Positions 19,227-28,041 of a DNA stretch of 61,522 nt are shown here, in pieces. Below the pieces are notes generated by a model that saw only the letters and a program-made list of their open reading frames with translations, searched no databases and was not told where the DNA came from. Position numbers and translations under genes: made by a program. Source of the DNA: Bacteroidia bacterium (lineage in GTDB: Bacteria > Bacteroidota > Bacteroidia > Bacteroidales > VadinHA17); NCBI GenBank assembly GCA_026391215.1, contig JAPLDX010000081.1:1-61522 (forward strand), in the 5' to 3' direction. The stretch's first letter is position 1; every line of letters begins with the position of its first letter.

Positions 19227-20144
19227 TCAGTCTATATCCTTCTGAACATATTCAAAAGGGATTCTGGAGATTTTCGACATCTCATGCCCTACCTGCAGCA
19301 TGTCCTGGTCATCCTTTTCAAAATGCCATTTTATTTCAACATTCCTGCCCTTTGACTTCACATCGCCGATCTGTTTGCAAAAGTCAAGAATATATTTTGC
19401 CGATGACGAGTTGAAATATTCAAAATCGAAATCAAAAACAACAGGATCCTTACTCTCATGGATGCTGTTAAGAAATGAAGAATAATCGTCAAACCACTTC
19501 ATTATCTCAAGGTAAAAAGAGGCAACATCGGAGGGTCTTGATTCACCCGAAATCTCGAATTTGTTGATTTCCGGATCAAAGATCACCCTTGGAGAATTTG
19601 CTGTCGGATCAATAATTAACTTTCTCATTGTATATTTATTTACTGATACTTGTAACTCAAAAAATGAAAGATCGTTGTCAATTCTGGCAAAGCTGTAGTC
19701 AATTTTCTTTCCTGATTTTAGTTTCATCAGAATAAATCCCAGTCCGGCACCTGCACCGTTTTCAGTCAGCCTGGTCTCCCTGTTAAGGATCTTTTCATAA
19801 AGAATATTAAGATCCTCCCGGCTCATATTGTTAACTTTATCAAGCCTTTTGGCCAGAAGGTCCGTTTTTTCCTTCCGGACCGGATTCCCGGCATAAATGC
19901 TGATACTGTCATCCCATTCCCCGGCAGACACATATGGCTGCTTCCCATGATTGACAGCAATGTCTCCTGGTGTGTGTTTTGATATATTTTCAAGACATTC
20001 AACCAGAATCGAGTAAACCCTCTTGCCGGGAGTTTTATTTAAGCTGGTATATTCCTTAGTTTTTTTAAGGTTCTGCAGAAGTTGATCAATTATTTTTTGA
20101 TCGACCAGCCCCGTATAATCCAAAAAAATTTTCCTGTGTACCAA
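19227..20144 (-). CDS. Fused SiaB-family kinase and SiaC (DUF1987) protein
   Basis: VECLENISKH and GAGLG (SiaB-like); ISGESRP and FEYFNSSSAK..WHFEKDD (SiaC-like); TTG start. Confidence 0.75.
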   Translation of the reverse strand: MVHRKIFLDYTGLVDQKIIDQLLQNLKKTKEYTSLNKTPGKRVYSILVECLENISKHTPGDIAVNHGKQPYVSAGEWDDSISIYAGNPVRKEKTDLLAKRLDKVNNMSREDLNILYEKILNRETRLTENGAGAGLGFILMKLKSGKKIDYSFARIDNDLSFFELQVSVNKYTMRKLIIDPTANSPRVIFDPEINKFEISGESRPSDVASFYLEIMKWFDDYSSFLNSIHESKDPVVFDFDFEYFNSSSAKYILDFCKQIGDVKSKGRNVEIKWHFEKDDQDMLQVGHEMSKISRIPFEYVQKDID

Positions 20145-20166
20145 TTAATTCATAACTTGGTTTAAA

Positions 20167-20174
20167 CAAAGATA
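20167..20174 (-). promoter_or_regulatory. -7 promoter box TATCTTTG for the siaBC-RyR phosphatase operon
   Basis: Matches TAnnTTTG. Confidence 0.5.
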
Positions 20175-20243
20175 AACTTTAAAGCAAAATTTATAAAAAG
20201 TTGATAGCAAATATTTTATTTAAAACTACTAATTATTAACAAT

Positions 20244-23200
20244 ATGAGCGAAACCGTTCTGAATGCGCTGGTTCAGCTTTTTGCATTAATAAGCGATATC
20301 CATGAAGAGACAATCATCACCAGCAGAGAGAAAAATATCGTAAGAACCTTCCTTTCACGCCACCTGAATAATGATCTGGCAGAAAGGTACATGAAATTGT
20401 TTGAAGACTACCTTGGGATATATAATTCGGAAAGCATAACCAAAGACATTATAAAGGCCAGGAAGCATGTTTCACTCAACGCAATGAGGATCCTGGAAAT
20501 ATGTGAAAGGATAAATGAGGAGCTCCGGCAGAATCAGAAGATTTATGTGCTTATTCAGCTGCTGGATTTCATATCGCTTGGAGAGGAGATAACGGAGAAC
20601 GAGATTGATTTTCTCCAGACTGTTGCCGATGCCTTCAATATCCCGGCAGCGGAGTATCAGAATATCAAGTGCTTTATAATGAGCGATGTTCATGATGTAA
20701 AGGAGAAAAACAAGCTCCTTATCATGGATGGCACAAAACAATCAGAAAAAACGGAAATCAAACATATGCTGAATGAGAACCTCAAGGGGTCTGTTTCATT
20801 TCTGAATATTGCCAGTACAAATACGTACATCATGCGGTATGCAGGGGGTGAAGATCTCTACCTGAACGGACAGAACATTTCTCCGGGACAAACCTATATT
20901 TTTGACCGGGGTTCGTCAATAAGGGGTGCAGGTATAAGAACCGTCTATTATTCAGGAATCAGCAGCCGGATATCCGAAACCTCTTATAAGTGCAGGATCT
21001 CCCTTGATGCAAATGATGTCAGTTTCCGGTTCGGTAATAGCGATAATGGCATTCATGATCTTAATTTCCACGGTGAATGCGGAGAACTGATAGGCATTCT
21101 GGGCGGAAGCGGTGTTGGTAAATCCACCACATTGAGCATCCTCAATGGGACATTGAAGCCGCAGGATGGGAAAGTACTGATAAACGGGTATGATCTTTAT
21201 GATGAAAATGAGAAGGATAATCTTAAAGGGGTAATAGGATTTGTGCCCCAGGATGATCTGTTGATAGAAGAGCTTACTGTATACCAGAACATTTATTATA
21301 ATGCAAAAATGTGCCTCAATAATCTGGCAGAAAACAAACTGGTTGAGGCAGTAAATAAGATCCTGACAGATTTTGATCTTGAGGAGATCAAAGATCTGAA
21401 AGTGGGGAATCCTCTTAAGAAGATCATCAGCGGAGGCCAGAGAAAAAGAGTTAACATAGCGCTTGAACTCCTTCGTGAACCGACAATCCTTTTTGTCGAT
21501 GAACCTACTTCGGGACTCTCATCTGTGGATTCGGAAGCCGTTATGAATCTCCTTAAGGAACAAACTTATAAGGGAAAGCTGGTGATTATAAATATCCACC
21601 AGCCGGGTTCGGAGATATACAAGATGTTTGATAAGATAATGATAATTGATAAAGGCGGTTACCAGGATTATTTCGGAAATCCGACAGAAGCAATTGTCTA
21701 TTTTAAAACTGTGAGCAAACATGCAAATCCTGATGAGGATCAATGTGTCAAATGTGGGAATGTTGATACTGATCAGATACTTCAGATAGTCGAGGCAAAA
21801 GTGGTAAATGAACATGGGAAAGCTACCCGCATAAGAAAGGTGTCTCCCAAAGAATGGGCTGAGAAGTTCCGGGAAAAGTCTGACAATAAAGCGCAGGGGA
21901 AAGTCAATGAAAGACAAGCAATTCCTGAAAATAATTTCAGCATACCCGGCCTCTTTAAACAATCAGTAATATTTTTTACCAGGGATTTTCTATCTAAAGC
22001 AGCCGATAAACAGTATATTTTTATAAGCCTCCTGGGTCCCCCGCTGCTGGCATTCCTGCTTGCATTTTTTACCAGGTACGCCAATGAGACCTATAAGCTC
22101 AGCGAGAATGACAATGTGCCGGCTTACCTTTTCATGTGTGTTATTACTTCTCTCTTCTTTGGACTGATGATCAGCTCTGAAGAAATTGTAAAGGACCGCA
22201 AAATATTGAAAAGAGAATCATTCCTGCACCTGAGCTGGTTCAGCTATCTGAACTCCAAGGTGATGATATTATTCCTGGTATCCGCATTCCAGACCATATC
22301 ATTTGTCCTTATCGGCAATCTGATCCTGGGGATCAAAGGGATGACTCTCAGCTTCTGGCTCGTCCTCTTTACAACCTCATGTTCTGCAAACATTCTTGGA
22401 CTGAATATCTCTTCAGCATTTAATTCAGTGGTTACAATATATATCCTTATACCTTTTATTGTCATACCCCAGCTTTTATTCAGCGGAGTGCTTGTGAAAT
22501 TTGACCAGCTTCATCTAAGCAGCAGATCTTCAAAGGAATATGTACCGGTAATTGGAGATATGATGACAGCCCGCTGGTCGTTTGAAGCTCTTGCGGTTGA
22601 ACAATTCAGAAACAACAAATTTGAAAAACAAACCTTTAGATATAATATGGATGCGAGCCAGAATTATTATTACGGAGCATTCCTTATTAATGACAAGCTG
22701 AATAAAGATCTTTGGATCTGCAGGACCTACAGCGACAGTGCAGATTCTAAAGAGCTTGCAGGAGATAGTTTTACGAGATTAAACCACCATATTGATGAAC
22801 TGGCAAAACTGACCCGGACTGAACCCGGGTCCTGGAAAGACTCGCTGAATGCAGAAAAATTCAATCAGAATGTTAATAAAGAAGCAGCAGCATACCTCAA
22901 TTCCCTCAGGAAGTATTTTATGGATAGCTTCAAAAAGGCAAATTCAGTTAAGGACCATATAAATGATTCATTGAAAAAGGCTCTTGGTGAAGTTGGATTG
23001 ATAGCTTTCCGTGAAGAAAATGAAAACAAACGACTGAAACTTGTGGTGCTCGATATTGATAATCCTGAGAAAATAATCAGGACTCCCGAAAAATATATTC
23101 AGAAATATGAACCGGGGTATATGAAGGCAGCATCAAAGTACGGCCGCGCTCATTTTTATGCTCCAAATAAATTGATTGGTGAAACCAGGATCGATACTTA

Positions 23201-23324
23201 CTGGTTTAATATGCTGGTGATATGGCTGGTATCAGCACTTCTCTACCTGGCACTATATTTTAACCTCCTGAAGAAACTGATGACATGGTTCGGGAACCTC
23301 CGTCTCCCAAAATCAGAAACCTGA
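20244..23324 (+). CDS. ABCG-like (NBD before TMD) ABC transporter with TerB-like and FHA-like N-terminal regions
   Basis: GGSGVGKST, ISGGQRKR, VDEPTSGL, IHQP; C-terminal ABC-2 TM domain; the N-terminal domain calls are less certain. Confidence 0.8.
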   Translation: MSETVLNALVQLFALISDIHEETIITSREKNIVRTFLSRHLNNDLAERYMKLFEDYLGIYNSESITKDIIKARKHVSLNAMRILEICERINEELRQNQKIYVLIQLLDFISLGEEITENEIDFLQTVADAFNIPAAEYQNIKCFIMSDVHDVKEKNKLLIMDGTKQSEKTEIKHMLNENLKGSVSFLNIASTNTYIMRYAGGEDLYLNGQNISPGQTYIFDRGSSIRGAGIRTVYYSGISSRISETSYKCRISLDANDVSFRFGNSDNGIHDLNFHGECGELIGILGGSGVGKSTTLSILNGTLKPQDGKVLINGYDLYDENEKDNLKGVIGFVPQDDLLIEELTVYQNIYYNAKMCLNNLAENKLVEAVNKILTDFDLEEIKDLKVGNPLKKIISGGQRKRVNIALELLREPTILFVDEPTSGLSSVDSEAVMNLLKEQTYKGKLVIINIHQPGSEIYKMFDKIMIIDKGGYQDYFGNPTEAIVYFKTVSKHANPDEDQCVKCGNVDTDQILQIVEAKVVNEHGKATRIRKVSPKEWAEKFREKSDNKAQGKVNERQAIPENNFSIPGLFKQSVIFFTRDFLSKAADKQYIFISLLGPPLLAFLLAFFTRYANETYKLSENDNVPAYLFMCVITSLFFGLMISSEEIVKDRKILKRESFLHLSWFSYLNSKVMILFLVSAFQTISFVLIGNLILGIKGMTLSFWLVLFTTSCSANILGLNISSAFNSVVTIYILIPFIVIPQLLFSGVLVKFDQLHLSSRSSKEYVPVIGDMMTARWSFEALAVEQFRNNKFEKQTFRYNMDASQNYYYGAFLINDKLNKDLWICRTYSDSADSKELAGDSFTRLNHHIDELAKLTRTEPGSWKDSLNAEKFNQNVNKEAAAYLNSLRKYFMDSFKKANSVKDHINDSLKKALGEVGLIAFREENENKRLKLVVLDIDNPEKIIRTPEKYIQKYEPGYMKAASKYGRAHFYAPNKLIGETRIDTYWFNMLVIWLVSALLYLALYFNLLKKLMTWFGNLRLPKSET

Positions 23325-23344
23325 TATATTGCTTTATTTTCCTG

Positions 23345-23374
23345 GCACCATCGTATCGTCGTACCGTCGTACCT
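23345..23374. repeat. Octamer tandem repeat (gtaccgtc-like, ~4 units)
   Basis: gcaccatc gtatcgtc gtaccgtc gtacct, abutting the lysS stop codon. Confidence 0.55.
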
Positions 23375-25105
23375 TTATTTCAACCATTTCCCAACCGCCT
23401 CAGGACTCAATCCGGTAAGCCCCAGCTTGTTTTTCTTGTTATAACCGTTGAGATCGTTTGCCAGTTTACCTGCTTTCTCAACCTCTTTAAGCTTTGAAAC
23501 AGTGGTGTAGCCAAGTTTTTTGAGCGGATCAATCCACTCTTCAGGTATCCCAAGACCAAGATATTCTTCCTTCTGACTTTCAAGAACCGCCTTCTGAATT
23601 ATTGACTTCATCTGCGGGAACAGGAGGACATCCTGTATTGAAGGCTGATCTGTCAAAAGCATAGTAAGACGGTCAATACCCATACCCATTCCTGATGTCG
23701 GCGGCATTCCAACTTCGAGCGCTTTTACAAAATCAAGATCAATGAACATTGCTTCATCATCACCTTTTTCAGAGAGCCTCAGCTGATCCTGGAAGCGTTC
23801 CATCTGATCTATGGGATCATTCAGCTCTGAATATGCATTTGCTATCTCCTTGCAGTTAATGAAAAGTTCGAACCTTTCAGTGAGACCTGGTTTGGTCCTG
23901 TGCATTTTGGTAAGAGGAGAGGTTTCGGCAGGGTAATCTATAATAAAGGTAGGCTGGACAAGAGTGAATTCACATTTCTCCTTGAATATTGAATCAATAA
24001 GCTTTCCTTTACCCATCGTCGGATCATGTTCAATCTCAAATCTTTCGCATACTTTTCTTAATCCTGCCTCATCCATGCCCATTATATCAACACCGGTATT
24101 CTCCCTTATAGAATCTAACATGCTTATCCGTTTATAGGGAGGATTGAGATTGATCACTTTCTCGCCGTAAGTAATTTCAGTTTTTCCGTGAAGATCAAGA
24201 ACAGCTTTTTTAATGATCTCTTCTGTAAAGGTCATCATCCAGTTATAATCCTTGTATGCTATATAGATCTCCATCACCGTGAACTCCGGATTATGCGTGC
24301 GGTCCATTCCTTCATTCCGGAAATCCTTTGAGAACTCATAGACACCTTCATATCCTCCGACAATCAGGCGTTTCAGATAAAGTTCATTGGCGATCCTCAG
24401 GTAAAGAGGTATATCCAGTGTATTATGATGAGTGATGAACGGCCTGGCCGTAGCTCCTCCCGGTATCGGCTGAAGAATAGGAGTTTCCACTTCAAGGTAG
24501 CCTCTTGAGTTGAAGAGCTCACGCATCGATTGAACGATTTGTGTCCTTTTACGGAAAACATCCCGTACCCGGGGATTAACTATAAGATCAATATAGCGCT
24601 GACGATAGCGCATCTCATGATCAGTGACCGCATCATACATTTTGCCGTCCTTTTCTTTCACTATAGGAAGTGGATGTATTGATTTACAGAGTATTGTGAA
24701 CTCCCTGACGTGTACGGTTGTTTCACCCATCTGTGTTTTGAAGACATGACCTTTGACGCCTATAATATCGCCAATATCGAGAAGATGCTTAAAAACTGTA
24801 TTGTACATTGTTTTATCTTCCCCGGGACAAATGTCATCTCGGCGGAGATAGATCTGCACCCTGCCCGAGGAATCCATCAGCTCAGCAAATGATGCGTTGC
24901 CCATGATCCTTCTGCTCATGATCCGTCCAGCAAGACAGACGTCCTGGAAATTATTTTTCTCCTGAGAGAAATTATCCAGTATATCCTGTGCAAAAACATT
25001 GGTTTTATACTCGGCAGCAGGATAGGGATTTATGCCCAGGTTCCTCAGATCCTCAAGGGATTTCCTTCGTATCTGTTCCTGTTCACTAAGTTCCTGAATA
25101 TTCAT
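23375..25105 (-). CDS. lysS: Lysyl-tRNA synthetase, class II, with C-terminal extension
   Basis: RYRQRY, YLRIANELYLKRL, FRNEG, HNPEF, GMGIDR; start moved to MNIQEL because a promoter box overlaps the longer ORF start. Confidence 0.97.
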   Translation of the reverse strand: MNIQELSEQEQIRRKSLEDLRNLGINPYPAAEYKTNVFAQDILDNFSQEKNNFQDVCLAGRIMSRRIMGNASFAELMDSSGRVQIYLRRDDICPGEDKTMYNTVFKHLLDIGDIIGVKGHVFKTQMGETTVHVREFTILCKSIHPLPIVKEKDGKMYDAVTDHEMRYRQRYIDLIVNPRVRDVFRKRTQIVQSMRELFNSRGYLEVETPILQPIPGGATARPFITHHNTLDIPLYLRIANELYLKRLIVGGYEGVYEFSKDFRNEGMDRTHNPEFTVMEIYIAYKDYNWMMTFTEEIIKKAVLDLHGKTEITYGEKVINLNPPYKRISMLDSIRENTGVDIMGMDEAGLRKVCERFEIEHDPTMGKGKLIDSIFKEKCEFTLVQPTFIIDYPAETSPLTKMHRTKPGLTERFELFINCKEIANAYSELNDPIDQMERFQDQLRLSEKGDDEAMFIDLDFVKALEVGMPPTSGMGMGIDRLTMLLTDQPSIQDVLLFPQMKSIIQKAVLESQKEEYLGLGIPEEWIDPLKKLGYTTVSKLKEVEKAGKLANDLNGYNKKNKLGLTGLSPEAVGKWLK

Positions 25106-25123
25106 ACAGATTAGAAATTTGTG

Positions 25124-25131
25124 CAAATATA
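25124..25131 (-). promoter_or_regulatory. -7 promoter box TATATTTG for lysS
   Basis: Exact TAnnTTTG match ~19 nt upstream of the ATG. Confidence 0.6.
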
Positions 25132-25152
25132 GAAAAATTCATGCTTAAGGTA

Positions 25153-26004
25153 TCAGCCTTTCAGAGCCAGTATCTCGGCATCAAATTTTTCGCGCAGGAG
25201 TCTGGTCACAGGGCCGGGTTTCCCTTTACCCACTATTTTACCATCAATTGAAATGACCGGAGCAATTTCAAACGAGGTATTTGTAACGAATGCTTCGGAA
25301 ATATCACCCAGACTGCTCGCGGGAAGGGCTGTTTCACTGATAGTTATACCTGATTCCCTGGCCAGGCGGAGTATGTTTTTCCTGGTTATCCCTGCCAGTA
25401 CCTTTTCAGAAAGAGGGTGAGTGTTCAGAATTCCATCAAGTACAAAGAAAACATTGGAATGAGCACATTCTGTGATCATTCCATCCCTGACAAAAATGCA
25501 TTCAAAAGATCCGGAATCCCTGGCTTCCTGAAAGCTCAGGATATTAGGCAGGAGGGATACCGATTTAATATCGCACCTGCTCCATCTTGTATCTTCATGG
25601 AGTATAACATTAATACCGGAAGAAATCATCTCTTTTTCAGGATTGAATCCCCGCGCGAAAGCATAAACAGTCGGAGGAATGGGGGGCGATGGAAAGGCAT
25701 GACTTCGTTTTGCGGCCCCCCTCGTTACCTGGAGATAGATCAGGGAGGGTTTGTCATTCAGGTTGTTTCGCACAATAAGCTCCATGGCAACAGCAGGAAA
25801 TGAATCTGCATCATCCCACTCAATACGTACCTCTTTCAGGCTTCTCATAAGCCTTGCCATGTGACCTTCCATGTCGTAGATGAATCCCTCATACCATCGT
25901 GCGACCTCGTAGACACCATCGGCAAAAAGAAAACCGCGGTCATCAGGGCTGATGTGTATCTGGTCTCTGGAGAGGAAAGATCCGTTGAAGTAGGCTATTT
26001 CCAT
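25153..26004 (-). CDS. dat: D-amino acid aminotransferase (PLP class IV)
   Basis: DRGFLFADGVYEV, YLQVTRG, RW.RCDIKSVSLL, LAGITR. Confidence 0.8.
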   Translation of the reverse strand: MEIAYFNGSFLSRDQIHISPDDRGFLFADGVYEVARWYEGFIYDMEGHMARLMRSLKEVRIEWDDADSFPAVAMELIVRNNLNDKPSLIYLQVTRGAAKRSHAFPSPPIPPTVYAFARGFNPEKEMISSGINVILHEDTRWSRCDIKSVSLLPNILSFQEARDSGSFECIFVRDGMITECAHSNVFFVLDGILNTHPLSEKVLAGITRKNILRLARESGITISETALPASSLGDISEAFVTNTSFEIAPVISIDGKIVGKGKPGPVTRLLREKFDAEILALKG

Positions 26005-26063
26005 AATTGATTGAATTATATGGTGTTGTAAACATTATTCTATTTATTTGCCTCTGTTTTATT

Positions 26064-26172
26064 ACCCCCCGCCGCTGCGCGGCACCCCCCTGAAGGGGGG
26101 TTAAAACCTATTCGATGCTTACTAATAACCAGTTTTGGGTCTTAACCCCCCTTTAGGGGGGCATGGGGGGTT
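26064..26172. repeat. Family B inverted palindrome pair (REPIN-like)
   Basis: CCCCCCTGAAGGGGGG 26085-26100 and CCCCCCTTTAGGGGGG 26146-26161, with complementary outer C6/G6 tracts. Confidence 0.85.
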
Positions 26173-27587
26173 AAATGGGGTTCAATTATTTCTGTTTTAT
26201 AATCAATTTTTTCTCTTGCCTCTTCTGGAGAAGAAGCATTTCCGCAGGCAGCCTGAACAAACAGCGATGCTCCAAGGACGGTCGTTTCCTTCTGATCAAT
26301 AACCTTGACCGGCACTCCGGTATAATCAGCTCTCAGCCTGTTCCACAGCCTGTTCTTCGATCCTCCTCCTACACATAGGATGCTTTCTGTTTTAAATCCT
26401 CCGGCTTTTTCCAATGAGCTCTTTCCTTCTGCCAGCCTCTCTGAAAGAGCCTCAAGCATCGCCCTGTATATCTCGTCACGGGTTGATTCCATGGTCAACC
26501 CAAGTATCTGTCCTGCGGGCTTACCCTTCAGTTCCTCATAGAATTTAGGCACCACTCTCACTCCGTTACAACCGGCAGGAATTTTTTCCGCTCCGGAAAT
26601 CATTGCTTCATATGCATTGTTCTTAATATCACTATAAAGATTCCTTCTTGCCCATTCCAGGACTCCGGAAGCAATCCATTGATTACCAATATTATACAGT
26701 CCAGGACGAGAATCAAGTTCAGTGGTAATAGCCATGTCAAGTTGTTCTTTCCCTGACCTGAACCCTTCCGAACGGACCATAAGAATTTCCCATGTGCCGG
26801 AGCTGAGGACCGGCTGATTTATTTCTGCTCCGGAACCAAAAATAGCGAACTGAGTATCATGTCCGGTAGCAACTACAGGAATACCCCGGGGTATGCCTGT
26901 TTGAGAGGATGCCAGTGAACTGACACTGCCAGTTATAGCGCCAGCTTCAACGATGGTGCCAAACCTGTCTGCCGGGAATCCGATACGGCTAAGAATGTTT
27001 TCAGAGAATGTTCTGGCAGAAAGACTGGTCATCATTGATGTTCCTGCCATAGTTGTATCGTTTGCCATTTCACCAGTAAGGAGGTATGAAAAAATTGAGG
27101 GCATAAAAAGAAACCTGTGACATTTTTCTGCCAGCTCAGGCTTGTGTTCGGCAAACCAGATCAGCTTGTTTATCGTATTGAAAGTAAAAGGAAGGACACC
27201 GCACTCTTTATAAAGATCGGCAAGGGGAATATATTTTTCTATATCATTCATTACCTGGACAGTCCTTTCGCACTGCCATGATATTACAGGGTAAAGCATT
27301 TTGCCTGACTTATCAAACAGAGTTCCATCGACTCCAAATGTTGTAACTGTAGCACCGGCAATATCGACCGGATTAATTTTTCTGACAACCTTTTTAGAAG
27401 CCTTGCACATCTTCTGCCATATCTCATCCACATCCCAGATCCTGTAATTCGGATAATAAGGATCAGGCTTAGTGTTGTTAGGAATTGATTCTGAGGCTTT
27501 AATAATGCCCATGCTGTTCATGGCTATCACCCTTACATTGGTTGCGCCACAGTCAAAGACAATTATGATATCACCTTTTGAGCTCAC
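26142..27587 (-). CDS. fucK: L-fuculokinase (FGGY family)
   Basis: FDCGATN, TTFGVDG, GHDTQFA, SSGTWE, VGGGSKN; near fucI. Confidence 0.85.
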   Translation of the reverse strand: MSSKGDIIIVFDCGATNVRVIAMNSMGIIKASESIPNNTKPDPYYPNYRIWDVDEIWQKMCKASKKVVRKINPVDIAGATVTTFGVDGTLFDKSGKMLYPVISWQCERTVQVMNDIEKYIPLADLYKECGVLPFTFNTINKLIWFAEHKPELAEKCHRFLFMPSIFSYLLTGEMANDTTMAGTSMMTSLSARTFSENILSRIGFPADRFGTIVEAGAITGSVSSLASSQTGIPRGIPVVATGHDTQFAIFGSGAEINQPVLSSGTWEILMVRSEGFRSGKEQLDMAITTELDSRPGLYNIGNQWIASGVLEWARRNLYSDIKNNAYEAMISGAEKIPAGCNGVRVVPKFYEELKGKPAGQILGLTMESTRDEIYRAMLEALSERLAEGKSSLEKAGGFKTESILCVGGGSKNRLWNRLRADYTGVPVKVIDQKETTVLGASLFVQAACGNASSPEEAREKIDYKTEIIEPHLTPHAPLKGG

Positions 27588-27593
27588 TTCGGT

Positions 27594-28034
27594 TCATTTT
27601 AAAAATGTCACCGATGATCCCATAATAAGGAAGGCAATAACATATATCACAAGCACTGCGATGATCAGAATGCCAGTATATGTAAAATAAGATCTCAGAT
27701 TCTTGAAAGCTTTTTTAATCTCCTCCTTGTCGCGGGTCTTAATGACACCCGATATGAATTTTGAGAAACGGAAAATAAAAAGCATCGGGAAAAAATAAAG
27801 AATGGATGTGGTAATAATTATAATAAATACAAGCCATCCCGGATAGCTGGTTGCTGTATCACCTTTATTAAAGAAAGAAAGAAATACACCAGTGAACAGG
27901 CCGACAATCAAAAAAACACCGATGCCAATAAATCCGAGAATAGCTAAGAACATTGTCCATTTTCGCGTTCTGTCCAGATCTTTAAGGGTATCTAGTTCTA
28001 ACTCTATTTTTGGGATTTCCTCAGTGTTCTCCAT
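27594..28034 (-). CDS. DUF5362-like small membrane protein
   Basis: KW..FLAILGFI, LYFFP and AFKNL.SYF pattern; start moved to MENTEE to avoid overlapping fucI. Confidence 0.7.
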   Translation of the reverse strand: MENTEEIPKIELELDTLKDLDRTRKWTMFLAILGFIGIGVFLIVGLFTGVFLSFFNKGDTATSYPGWLVFIIIITTSILYFFPMLFIFRFSKFISGVIKTRDKEEIKKAFKNLRSYFTYTGILIIAVLVIYVIAFLIMGSSVTFLK

Positions 28035-28041
28035 AGAGTCA

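Noticed and set aside
23375-23600. LysS C-terminal extension as a novelty
   Set aside because: From recall, similar extensions are common in Bacteroidota LysS
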